Both the position numbers and the translations under genes were made by a program. Under the pieces are notes generated by a model. That model did not search any database and was not told the DNA's origin. It saw nothing but the letters and a program-made list of their open reading frames with translations. A stretch of 63,370 nucleotides of DNA, counting the filler, from Lenisia limosa (taxonomy: Eukaryota; Protista; Breviatea), in NCBI GenBank assembly GCA_001655205.1. It is 15 parts of 15 records of this genome, joined end to end, with 100 filler letters (N's around TTAATTAATTAA, not from the genome) between each part and the next. Parts side by side here need not be neighbours in the genome. Positions count along the whole stretch, not along the records: positions 1 to 2,003 come from LPNZ01003721.1; positions 2,104 to 9,812 come from LPNZ01001678.1; positions 9,913 to 17,656 come from LPNZ01002626.1; 12 more parts are not named here. One strand, written 5' to 3'. Each line of letters opens with the position of its first letter. Positions within the stretch are counted from its first letter, which is position 1. Positions 1-11,601 of this stretch are shown in pieces.

Positions 1-209
1 TAATGGTTTGAACCCTACCTACGTTCATCTATTTTACCATGGTACTGTAGAAGCGACTGGCCTGGGCTTTGTTTATTTTGTGGTTATCGACCTTTTTGGG
101 CTTTATTTGTTTCATAGATTCTCCAATTTTACACCCCCCCCCCCATTATTACCTTTTCGCCAATATTCTTCATCGAAGTTTCCTTCGTTTTACTCCCTCC
201 CCCCTGCAG

Positions 210-1728
210 CCTACAAAATTGCATTGTGACATTGTGGGTGGAGAGGGCTGGACCCTAGTAATGAACTACTTCCACCAAAGCGGTCAACTTGGCTACAACA
301 ATGTGGTTGGTTAGATTACTCTGTTTTGCTATGCCAATGTGGTGGTTTGCCCTCTTGTTTTTTTTTTGGGGGGGGGGTGCTTCGTGGAGGATCTTTGTCC
401 TGTTTGGCGGTGTTATTTTTTTATTTGTTTACTTCTTTACCCTATCACTGCTATCACTGCTATCACTCCAATCACTTCTTCCTCACACCCCAGCTTCGCA
501 CCTTACACTCCAGCTTCACACCTCACACCTCCCAATCTTTGAACCACACTTGCTGGGGTTCAACGGCGCAGACGTAGTGGCGGAATGGGGCCAGGCGTCC
601 TCTTCGCTTCTTGCAGCATTGGGCATCACCGAAGTGCGGTACTACTGCAAGGTTCAGGGAGAAAATATGGGATGTCTGGGGCTTCATTTTCGGTCCAAAA
701 AAGACTGACAAGTTGTCGATATTTTTATCGAGTATTGATCGTGAATTCAGTATTAGAAATGCAGCCTTGTTTCTATTTATTCTCTGCATAAGATGCAGAG
801 GCATGGTGGGGGATTGCATGGTGATGTAACTAATGCAATGCTAATGTAACTAATGCAGGGGCTCAATTCGCACCAGTCAATCCACTTCCGAACCACTGAC
901 CCCGATTTTCTTGCCTATTTGAAGGGCGAAACTGGCAAAAGCGCCACCACCTTGAAGGTTGGAGGGAAAGTCTTCACTTCAGCGGTAGCGAGAATACTTA
1001 TTAAATATTGCAGATAATGGAAATGACGAGAGGGATGCGGGGCGATAAAAAGAATATGAGAATATGATATGTAGGTGTGGTACAATAAATAAAAGAGAAG
1101 AGGAATAAAAAGAAGATGAAATATAATTCTAAATTTGTTTAGTGTGTAATATAATTTTGGTTTCACACAGAGATAATGGTCGTTAAATATAATGTAAGAT
1201 CGTAGTATTATTTCGTAGAGAAGCTGAGCAACTTGTATTTTGCCTCATCTATTTGTTGCTAGTCAACAGCTTTCTTATCGACATTGTAGGACAATTACAC
1301 TGCTATGAGTGGTCATCAAACTACCCTTTTACCGGGGAACGCCATTTCGGGTTATAGAGAGAGAGGTCGCTGGGCTTTGTTATTTTGTTTAGCAGATATA
1401 TATTATATCATATACATAAACTCTGACAGCGGTTGCTGGGCTTTAGGTTCAAAAGAAAACCCTAAATTTCTCGATAAATTCTCGAAAATATTTTCCTGAC
1501 CAAAGTGAAGCTGCACAATTATACATTAATTATCTAATGTATTTGCTTTCTTTTTTAGTTTGAGGGAACTAACTTCTCATGACTGCTTTTTGTTTGTAAT
1601 ATTGCTACATAATTTTTTGTAACCACTTTCTTTACCAAATTTGAGGACCCGTTGTTTTGCTGACCTATCAAGGGACAATAGCGTTGAGTGCTCACCCTTT
1701 TTATCTCTCACCATCCTATCATTACACG
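210..1728 (+). CDS. Partial multi-exon gene, fibrinogen-related-like domain protein
   Basis: Spliced exons give PTKLHCDIVGGEGWTLVMNYFHQSGQLGYNN ... EWGQASSSLLAALGITEVRYYCKVQ / GLNSHQSIHFRTTDP ... / SGHQTTLLPG / TIALSAHPFY. The CD..GGGWTLV-like motif is typical of fibrinogen-C-related domains. Both ends are missing. Confidence 0.6.
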
Positions 1729-2047
1729 GTAAAGGGGCATTTTGAGTGACTGTGAATTTGGTGAATGGTATTGGAAATAGTGAGTTGACAGCTCAGTTCA
1801 TTTTGGGCTGAACTGATTTGTCACCTTTTAATCCTGTTGTTAATAGAGAAGCTGTTAATAGTATAATATAATGTTAGATACATATGCATATGATATTGTA
1901 TTAGAAGAAAATTACATTACATATTATACATGCATCCTGTTCCGCTTAACCCAAGAAAACCCTAGATTTTTATTATATTCAAGTTAAACTGAAGTTAAGC
2001 AGGNNNNNNNNNNNNNNNNNNNNNNNNNNNNNNNNNNNNNNNNNNNN

Positions 2048-2059
2048 TTAATTAATTAA
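2048..2059. other. Artificial contig linker TTAATTAATTAA (first of 14)
   Basis: Identical 12-mer with stops in all six frames, embedded in ~44 N each side. Also at 9857, 17701, 25465, 27644, 30265, 38756, 42359, 47573, 54291, 55687, 57574, 59291 and 61222. Confidence 0.98.
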
Positions 2060-2103
2060 NNNNNNNNNNNNNNNNNNNNNNNNNNNNNNNNNNNNNNNNN
2101 NNN

Positions 2104-5100
2104 GTCGGACTGTTCGAGCCTCTCCCCCCAGCGCCCCCGACACATTCTCCTCTCCCCAAGCACAGCAAAGTACATCGCACCAACCTTGCTCCTCCTTGCA
2201 ATCCCCCAGCTTTGTCTCTCCCCACGTGGCCTCGCTTCTCATGCAGCAAACAGCCGCGGTAAAGGAGTCGCTTCACTGGGGCTACAACGCCTTGTGGGCT
2301 AAAGATGATAAGCTGCAGGTTTGTCTCCATAATTCGAGTTTTCCTCACTTCGTAGCTCAATATCCCTGATACAATCACTGTGACGGATGGAGCTCTTGAT
2401 CAGTGGTATTTCACAGACAAGGTTTGATGCTGTGTGTATTTTCACATGTTCCTGCTTGATATTTTGCAAGCTGTTGTGTAACGTCACCTCTTAGAAAGGT
2501 TTTGTTGTTAAAAAGGCATCTTCTAGACTTGAGGACCCTCATTTTGTCAGGTATTCGCTTATCTATTTTGATTGGATTCTCTCTTGGGGGGGGGGGTAGT
2601 ACTGTTGATATAACTGTTTGTTTCTTGATCTACTTTATTCCCGGCTTTTGATGTTTCCAATTTCTTCCAGGCTTCATGAGGATTCGTCTCGTTAACCCAG
2701 CTAGGTCAGTCTTAACGAAACGTTCAATGGAAAATGGTGCTGTTGACTACGTCGCAGTTGCTCGGTTTTTGATAGGTAGGCAACCCGGCGTAAGTCTCAT
2801 GTCTTCAGAAGAAAAGCCAGTCTGCAGGTTCTTGACTGCGTCCGAACTTTTGGACTTCTTAGACTCCCCAGCTGCAAGAATTAATGCTATTGCTGTTCAG
2901 GTCAGATTCTAATCTCTTCATATCACGTTTTTGGGTCATTTTCACACGTGTAAACTATCATATTCCACGCAGTGATATGATAGCTCATATCCACTCGTAT
3001 GAAAATTGACCGACAAGTCTCAATGATACTTTGATACACTCGGGATGAACCATCGTGTTTTTTTGTTTATCATTCTACTCGAAAAACGGTCGTATCACTA
3101 ATGGGAAAATATTTCTTCTCGTTCCAGTATTACACTCACCCAATAGAGTGTTGTGATGCCAAAAGCAGGACCTGGTGCACGACACAACCATACTGCTGAT
3201 AAGTTTGCGAGCCTGGCCTCATTTTCGTAAACATATATTCTTGATTGCAGTTCTGGACAAAGAGGTCCTTTTGTTTCGCATCTCTTTTTCAGTTTTTATG
3301 AGAACAGGGTATCTGGCAAGTGGGTATGCCATACAACCAAGATTTACGAGGAGTCACGACCGGTATGAAGTTACCCTCTTCCATCCCTGAAAGATTTGAT
3401 TTTAGAATTATTGATTAACGTGCGTAGGCTGACCTTCTGAACGGGGTGCCAGCAGGAATTCAGAGAGTTCGAATTGCAATCAAAGTGGGGCGAATGGGGA
3501 TATGTCATGATTTTCATCACACCCTTACACCCAAAAGGTTCGGGTTCCCATTTCTCTTACAGGTTTTAGGATATTCGTCTTGTGCGAGAGTTAGATTCAG
3601 CAATCCAACGGGTTGTTTACCACATTCAAAAGGTCCACAGTTTGAGTGTTGAAAGTATTTCGTCGCACTTCGTTGTTGGCCATGATGACAAGGTGGGTTT
3701 CTCAGTACTACGGCTTTGGCCATTATCTTCATTTGGTTTTCTATGATATTGTTTGTTTCTTCTCAATGTTACTGGAGACATTTGTTTAGTTTGCAACTAT
3801 TTGTTTCTCTCAGTCAATGTTCATATATATATCTATATGTAAAATGCTCTGATGACACGGTTTCCCTTTTGCTGATAGGGTTTTATCACAGTATAATTAT
3901 TGATGCACCAGGCGTGGATGATTGGAATCGTACCCATTGTCAAATACAAAACTCTGCATCGCAAGAGAATGAGCAGTAAAACAAGTATGCTTCTTGGATT
4001 AGCCACGACAACGATTATCTCTTTTAAAATAGGATTTTTACCATGATTAACTTTTGGTAGATATGAGACTCCCCTCGAAGCCACAATCCCAAGATTTAAT
4101 CGATTTTGTACAGAAAGTGACAAGAGTGAGCGGTACCATTACGAATAATGTCCATCAAAATATCATCTAGTAGTAGATACATTTGTTCTATATCCCCAAG
4201 GGTGATTTTAGTCTCTTTTTTTTGAAGAAGACACATTATTGTTACTACGCTAAATACTCATGACTTTTCTTACTATGATATGATTGTACAATGGAAATAA
4301 CCCATCAAGCTGAGGCAAAATGAGCCGCCTACCAGCTGCAAAGGCGACTTCTGCCGTGCTCCTTCCCTCAACTACCCGTGCGGCACTAAAAATGAGGTAA
4401 GATAATATTTCTGGACAATAACTGTAATTGTCACAAGTATTTTTTAAGCGATAGTTTGTTTCATGTTTTAACAAAGAACCCCATGATTAACATTCTAGGC
4501 AGAGACACCACCGTCAGGAAGAATTCTCATTCATCGCAATGTTCTGTTCCATCGTCTCAAAGTAGGTGTTTCTTCTTCCGTAACAGTCTTCATGAAAGAA
4601 AAGAGAGGATGGTACATAGAGTGATCTCAAAAGGCTGCTTTTTTGTACCAAAGACTCATTGAAGTTCAGGTAGCAGTAGCAGCGGCAATGACAGTGGACC
4701 CCGACTTTAAGTTCTCAATTCCCAATGTACGTGGAGGAGTAGCCATGCATGCTTTTCTTTGTTATGTTTGTGACTTTGTGTACATTCTTAGTTATGGAGA
4801 AGCATCATCAAATAGGGCGCCTCGTACACAGATGTGATCTCTAAATTCCGAGCTTGGGACCTTTATTCCTCCGTTCCCATTTGTGACACGTGCTATGAGG
4901 CTTATCTCGGGGAGACTTTGTATGTTGTAATTCTTCTTTGCGTTGTGATATGAATAGTTTGAAGAGTCTTGCATTTGGGGGGTGGTCACTGTTTAGCCCT
5001 TTTGACACTTCGGAAGCAGCGAGTCAAAACATAGTCATACCCCAGATTGAGACAGATTCGGCCCTGAGAGTTAAAAACAAAGTGGTGAGCTTTCTGGTCG

Positions 5101-7397
5101 TCAATGTTGGTCTTCATATTCACCCGCTTCTTTTTGACGTTCAAGGTTCCAGAGTCAACAGATATGGAAACTCTCACGCAGCTCTTCACAAACCACGTTG
5201 TTTTGCCAACTTCGGTCAGAGGGTCAAGAGAGATCCGACGAAGGAGTTTGGAATTGGTTTCTCCATTGTTATACTTTCAAAGTACTTCTATTTTGTCTCC
5301 AAATACCCAACATCATCATCTAGGCTGCTCAACTTAGTGGGGTTGCAACGTACCCCTTAGAGTCCTTCAGATACTCCTCATCGATAGTGTTGCCCTATCG
5401 CATCATCGGACCATGTAAGGCTGGATTTCGGGTGACCTTTTGGTTCTAGTTTGTATCTGTATCAATAGTGCTTTCTAAATTTGGAGTGATCATTTCTTTC
5501 TAGACGTAAAGACAGCCAAAACTCCTTGCTTTTCTGGGGGTCACAGTGTTGAAAACCTCCATACCTTCACACCATCACCAACTAGGTTAGTCATTAGAAT
5601 TTCAAGATATTTGGTTATGACCTTTCTTTTTTGTCTTATACTCTTGGTCAAAATGCCGTCGACAGTTGTTGGTAGACAGCCATTTTTATTGAATGCTAGG
5701 GGGCGAGGGCGACGAAGCAGTATCGCAGTAGCAACTGGAAGACGGCGCTCATCAGTAGGCTGGTTGAAGCAAGGCGGGGTGTCTAAATGGAGCTACATGT
5801 TTCTGATGGTCACAACTGCAGGTTGCGGATAGTCGGAGTTCCCTCCATGAGCCAGTACGGAACAATGTCGGACTCGTCTTCTTCAATGACCTTCTTGATA
5901 CCTTTGAGGTTTACCAGGTATTCAAGGCTGGCTGCTGGGTTTAAACTCATGATATGATCACTCAGCTGGCAGAAATACTAATTTTCAAGGAAATGGCGCG
6001 TGAAATCTGCACCTCCTCTCCGGGATGCCAAGGTTTGCTTCGTTGCCTTGTTCTATCATTTCCCGTTTTTTGTTTTTTCTCACTTTCAGTTCTTCTGTTC
6101 AACTATCCGGGCCAGTCGTTCACTGATTTCAATCCGAGGCAGCCTGCGAAGCCGGAAACCATCTGCAGCCTTCTCTCTTCCCTCATCAAAACCCTCAATG
6201 ATCAAAGTTAGCTCTGCTCTTCCTGGTCTAACGATCTAGACCTGTTTAAAGTCGACAATTTGGTTCTTGTTGGCTTTGGCCTTGGTGGAAACTTCGCTTC
6301 ACTTTTCCGTGAGAATGGGCATGCGTTAGCGGTTTCGTTCTGTCACCTGTTCAACTCTACCAACATGACCAGCCGTTCCCTTACCTCTCCAGCGAGTTTG
6401 TACCCACGGTGTCCTATTTCTTCAGTTGTCTGTTTCGGCGCTCCTTCACACCTGGAAATGAGATTCAGCAGTATGCAGTTTATTGAATGAAAGTTTTAAA
6501 TCGCTATCCTATTCTAAGCCCTTTAGCTACTCTCGATGAAATGTCTGCGGTGTTTTCGTCACATCACAAGTCACAGAATGTGAAGCAGGAAACCCTCAGA
6601 GAATACAATATGAAGGGCTTCTCGGTATGGAAATGATTCAAACCTTATCATTTGGTACGCCTTTCATTGGTTAGGACACCTACCTCTCGGATGTCAGTTG
6701 TGATACCGCTCTTGAGCTTTTGTGGGTCGGGAGAGAACTCTGTTAGATTGCATTGCATCCATAATCTCACCTTTTGAATTGGTTTTTTATCATTTTCACG
6801 TTCTTGCTTAGAAACTCCGCATTCAATCCCATCGAAACCGCTGGTGTCCTCAACCTGCTGAACCTTGCAAGAAAATGCGTACTCCTTCCTAAAGTATGAG
6901 ATGCATTAAATCTAATCCAGTGAACAAATACAAATACACAGGACATTTGAATTTGGGAATGGGCATAATTAAATGGATTCAGGTGATTAGTGCCACATCC
7001 GCTCCGTTAGTGTGGGTGTCAGGAGCGCAGGACCAGGTGTTCCCTCCACACACGCATGCCGAGGTGGTGATGCAGGTGGGTCCCATCGTGGTTTTTTTTT
7101 TTTTTTTGACTNNNNNNNNNNNNNNNNNNNNNNNNNNNNNNNNNNNNNNNNNNNNNNNNNNNNNNNNNNNNNNNNCTGTTTGGGAGGGGAAAAGACGTTC
7201 TTTCATCAGACGCTGCCCTATGTCGGACACCATATCAGATTGGTAGGAGTTTTGCATTGACTCCTTGTTTTGGTCCGCTGTGTTTTGGCACAAAAAAGCC
7301 CTTGATTATATTCTATTTCATCGTCAAGGAGCACCCAAGGGAAATTGCAAGGTGTCTCTGGAGTGTCATTAACAGCATTGGAACTATTTCGGAATAA
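2104..7397 (+). CDS. Large multi-exon hypothetical protein with C-terminal alpha/beta-hydrolase-like domain (5' partial)
   Basis: About 20 GT-AG exons chain in frame: IPDTITVTDGALDQWYFTDK; CKGDFC; VPICDTCYEAY; VLLFNYPGQSFT; LVLVGFGLGGNFA; NPIETAG; VWVSGAQDQVFPP; KEHPREIARCLW...SE-TAA (7395-7397). Some middle junctions are uncertain. Confidence 0.7.
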
Positions 7398-8052
7398 TTA
7401 TGGTGATGCGAAGGTTATGTTTGACGTTTTTTATGTGGTGTAATCAATGTATTTTTTTTGTGTATTTTGTATGTGATGCGATGAGACAAAGTTTGCGCTC
7501 AAAGTTCATGTTTCATTCTGTATGGGATGGGTCTTTTTGCATAGTTTATTGTAGTTTATTGAAATGCAAGGCGTGTGTGAAGTGGTTTTTTTTTTTTTTA
7601 AGCGAACNNNNNNNNNNNNNNNNNNNNNNNNNNNNNNNNNNNNNNNNNNNNNNNNNNNNNNNNNNNNNNNNNNNNNNNNNNNNNNNNNNNNNNNNNNNNN
7701 NNNNNNNAGCGGGCCACACTAACCTAGACGCAGACCCAGTGAAAAAGAAAAGAAAAGAAGAAAAAAACGACTAAGTTGGGACTCGAACCCCCTGTCACCG
7801 TCAAAAAAATGTAACGCGCTGGATTGGCTGCACAAATCTCACAAATCTGCGAAAAGGTAAAGTAACACAATAACCCTACAACACTATTACACACCTAAAC
7901 ACACGGTATAATACACACACATACCCTACTACACCAATCAGTCTACCCACATAGTACCACATACCACTGTCCCAAGACTGTCCTCCACCTGCGATCCACC
8001 AGCCACCCACCAGGTCGCTTCAGACTGAAAAAAGAGAAGAGGGAGCGCAGGG

Positions 8053-9678
8053 ATGTACACTTCAAAAGTAGTGATACTGCTTCTTGCAGTCTCGCTTTCC
8101 CTCTTTATATTCTCTGCCACGTTCATATCAACACCGAGAAATATACCATCCAGCCCAACAGCCAACTCTACCCCTTCGTCCACGCCTACCCCATTTCCTC
8201 ATACTGTTGTCGAGTCTTTCCCAGATCCTCTTGATTCCAACTCCTCAGAAGAGCTTTCTGAAGATATCACTGATAAAATTAAAGATGCGGTTAGTGGGTT
8301 CTCATTTGGTCATTTGCAGTCTCGATTTGGCTTTGAATATTGTCTGATGATTTGTTCAGGTGAAAGATGCCGTCAACAGCCAGAAGGAAACTTTTGTGAT
8401 AGTAGTTGATGCAGGGTCAACAGGCACGCGATTGTTCATCTACAGCATCTTTGAGACGACGTCGGGCCTTCCTGATGTGCGCCCCGCTCCACGCTCGGGA
8501 ACTAAGTTTTGGCGCAAGCAAATAGAGGGCGAAGGTGGGAATTCTGTTCTTTTGCTGTCCTCAACTAACCGACAGGTCTGGGGTCATTATCGTCACAACC
8601 GCTGAAGATAACGGACATCATGACAGAACTTCTTGATTTCGCAGCAGAATGCATTCCAAGTGACCACTACCTGTCAACGTAGGCATTGATGTAGCGTTTC
8701 AACGGCAAAACAGATATGGTTTCCCTTCCTCTCACCATTTCAGTCGTATTGCCATTTTTGCCACTGCTGGTCTTCGTATTATTCCAGAGGCTGCCCAACA
8801 GGTGGGGGTTCCATTGTTCGGTATCATATGTATGTAATAAGCGATGTCAAAAATTGGATTGGATAGTTGAGCGGATTTGATTTATTTTGGTAATTGTAAT
8901 ATCTGTGTGATTCTGGGCATTTTTTATACTACTACGAATATCATCGTACATAGATAACTACAGCTTTGTTTCAAACCTTCTTGAATAATATGAAAAGCGA
9001 GTATCAATAATATGTTTGTTTTCCATTGTGTTGAACATTTATTAAATATCCGCGTTAATGCGAAGTTATCACTTAAACAGGTAACTTTATGCAAAAAAAA
9101 CGAAAAAGAGTGTCTAATTCTTAAGGTTGTGAGGGCGTCAGTGATGGAGGCAGTGACCACCCATGCTGCCGAATGGAGGACAGGCCTCACAAGGATGGAA
9201 ATCATTTCAGGAACAAGGGAAAGTCTCTTTGCCTGGCTTTCGGTATGACTTTGGGAAGGACAGTAATTGGGAGTGAGGCTCTAGGTTTTAAATTTTATTA
9301 TCAAGGTTAATGAGTTGATGGGAACTCTTCAGACTCCCCCTGATACAATGTCCGGCTTTGCAGCTATTGCAGATTTGGGGTCAAGCTCCTCACAGGTAGG
9401 CTTCTCTCTCAAAGACCAGGTCTCAAGAAAGGCTTCATAAATCTAACGGTTTAGATTGCGTTTGCCTTCGACCCCCAGGATTACGTCCTGCCGCTGTCCC
9501 GACAGGCTTGTTCCAATATCGCCCTCAACGAGACAGAGCCTCTTGCGTCGTTCCAGTCCGACCATCCGGCGGATATCATGGGGCGTAGAGGGACGTATCT
9601 CAGAGTTCACCTCAGCCCTAATCACTATCCTTTTGGCCTCTATCTACACAGCTTCCCAGGCTTCGGCAAATTGGCGAG
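8053..9678 (+). CDS. GDA1/CD39 family nucleoside triphosphate diphosphohydrolase (apyrase), 3' partial
   Basis: N-terminal hydrophobic anchor, then apyrase conserved regions VIVVDAGSTGTRLFIY, FATAGLR, IISGTRESLFAWLS, DLGSSSSQIAF and LYLHSFPGFG across 7 exons. Confidence 0.92.
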
Positions 9679-9692
9679 GTTAGTCAGAAGTA

Positions 9693-9779
9693 GTGCTTCA
9701 CTTTGGTTCGAAAAAAGACTCAACTTCTCGATAAATCCTCGAAAACTATCGCGGTATTTTTCGAACCGAAGTGAAGCCC
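9693..9779. mobile_element. Family A MITE
   Basis: TIRs G(T)GCTTCACTTTGGTTCGAAAAA / TTTTTCGAACCGAAGTGAAGCCC. Further degenerate copies at ~679, ~1438, ~10087 and ~10575. Confidence 0.88.
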
Positions 9780-9912
9780 TTGTCAGAAGTCACAGCTTCT
9801 GATGATGTAGTTNNNNNNNNNNNNNNNNNNNNNNNNNNNNNNNNNNNNNNNNNNNNTTAATTAATTAANNNNNNNNNNNNNNNNNNNNNNNNNNNNNNNN
9901 NNNNNNNNNNNN

Positions 9913-11331
9913 AAGCACAGCAAGGAACCCCTATCAGAAGTTGCTACATCAGAACTACGAACTTGGGGCTTGCATATCAAGAGAGCATGTAAGCGGTTTA
10001 CCCAAAGGAGCCAAAAGGCTGATTTGACTACCTCGATATCACAGTGAACTTTTTTTTTTTGATCTTTTGAGATCGCTCTCCTTTAAGTTTTTACTTCGGT
10101 TCGAAAAAGAACTGAATTTCTTGATAAATCCTCGAAAATTGTCGATATCACCGGTCTTTTTGAAACCAAAGTGAAGACCTACCCGATATATATATTATGT
10201 GAATTTCATTTATTTATGGGATCAATCTCATTGTATTGCCGTTATAGTTAACCTTATATTATGGTATTTCTTTTTCGTTTCATAAATTCCGGGTTTACCA
10301 TCCCTCAGGTGGCGCTGTCATCCACAGTGAAAGAACTGCAGCAACAAGTAGCGGCATTGACTGTGCTGCTTGCTCAGTCCAACGTCATAACCTTGCAGCA
10401 GAACAAGGTGCGTGGGTAATAAGTTGCCTGGTTCCACTACACTACGCATTGGCTTGGGATTCCCTTGTAGTATTTGGGAATTCTAACTTGTTTGTAAGAT
10501 TCGTACAACCTTTTTTATTTCTTCTCTCTTTTTTACTATATCATATGATATCATATATGATAGCATATATAATTAGAGCTTCACTTCGGTGCGAAAAAGA
10601 CCGGTAAGTTATCGATAGTTTTCGATGATTTATCGAGAAATTCAGTCTTTTTTCGAACCGACCTAATATTACTATATGGAACATTGTTATCGAATCTGAC
10701 GGCTAACCTGTTCCAGCAAACTCCTCTCTGCAACGCCTGTGGACATCTTCTACCAGCCCCCTCCATTGACTCTCCCTCCTGTTTGCGGGCAAATGCTCAA
10801 ACAATCCTGATATATTCTTACCATTTACATAGGGCTTCACTTTGGTTCAAAAAGACCAGTAAAATGTCGATAGTTTTCGAAGATATATCGAGAAATTCAG
10901 TCTTTTTTTCGAACCAAAGTGAAGCCCTACATTTCCACATTTGATCCTCATCTACAACTCACCTGTCAGCTGTTCGAGGTCCGGCCACATTGCCGACCCC
11001 CTCACCTCCCGTCCCGCGCCCCCCACCAAGCACTGTTGTCCGACCCTCACCCTCACCAAACCTCTCTGATGATCCTTCTATTCCCCAGGTTGGTTATGTT
11101 GTGATGAGGGAAAATAAACTGAATTCCCTGATTAAAGAGCTTTTATTATACTGTGCATACCTTATCATTTTTTTAAAAAAAACATAATTACTTACTCTCG
11201 TAAATGATGATGAGATGCTATAAACACACCAGGTCTCAAGAGCTATACCCGGGCAGCCGGAAGAGATAATGCCGTTTTCGCCGGTCACCCCAATCACCCC
11301 CATCGCCCCGCTAGTAACAAAGCCGTTGTAA
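9913..11331 (+). CDS. Hypothetical protein, C-terminal exons (coiled coil plus Pro-rich tail)
   Basis: Exons VALSSTVKELQQQVAALTVLLAQ, QTPLCNACGHLLPAP, PTPSPPVPRPPPS and VSRAIPGQPEE...VTKPL-TAA, with canonical splice sites. Confidence 0.55.
10832..10927. mobile_element. Family A MITE (~95 bp, TA-flanked), reference copy
   Basis: TA-GGGCTTCACTTTGGTTCAAAAA...TTTTTCGAACCAAAGTGAAGCCC-TA. About 25 copies or relics in the window. Confidence 0.9.
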
Positions 11332-11601
11332 TTGGTCAGATATTAGTGTTTCATCTTAGTTTTTATTGTCTTTTTCTTGTAGGTTCACATTTCAGATAGG
11401 ATTTTAATGTAATGTATATTTTCGATTAGTTGATTCCTGGAGTCTATCCCCCATGCACTGAATACTATAATGGAAAAGTCAGTAGTATATCATTTTGACA
11501 ATAGCTGATATGACATATCAAATTATCGCATATCATCTTCTGTGATTCACATGACTAAAAATTACATCAGTATGCTGTGTTGACTCCTTAATAACTCTTG
11601 A

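Noticed and set aside
2048-2059. TTAATTAATTAA as a biological motif (PacI-like site or piggyBac TTAA target)
   Set aside because: It is always centred in N padding of constant length, so it is an assembly linker.
4622-4624. Single TGA in an otherwise open frame (possible UGA=Trp)
   Set aside because: It can be removed by an intron 4562-4633, and TGA clearly terminates TMEM234 at 35779-35781.
9683-9791. GTCAGAAGT direct repeat flanking a family A copy as a 9-bp TSD
   Set aside because: It is offset from the element ends, and other copies show only TA.
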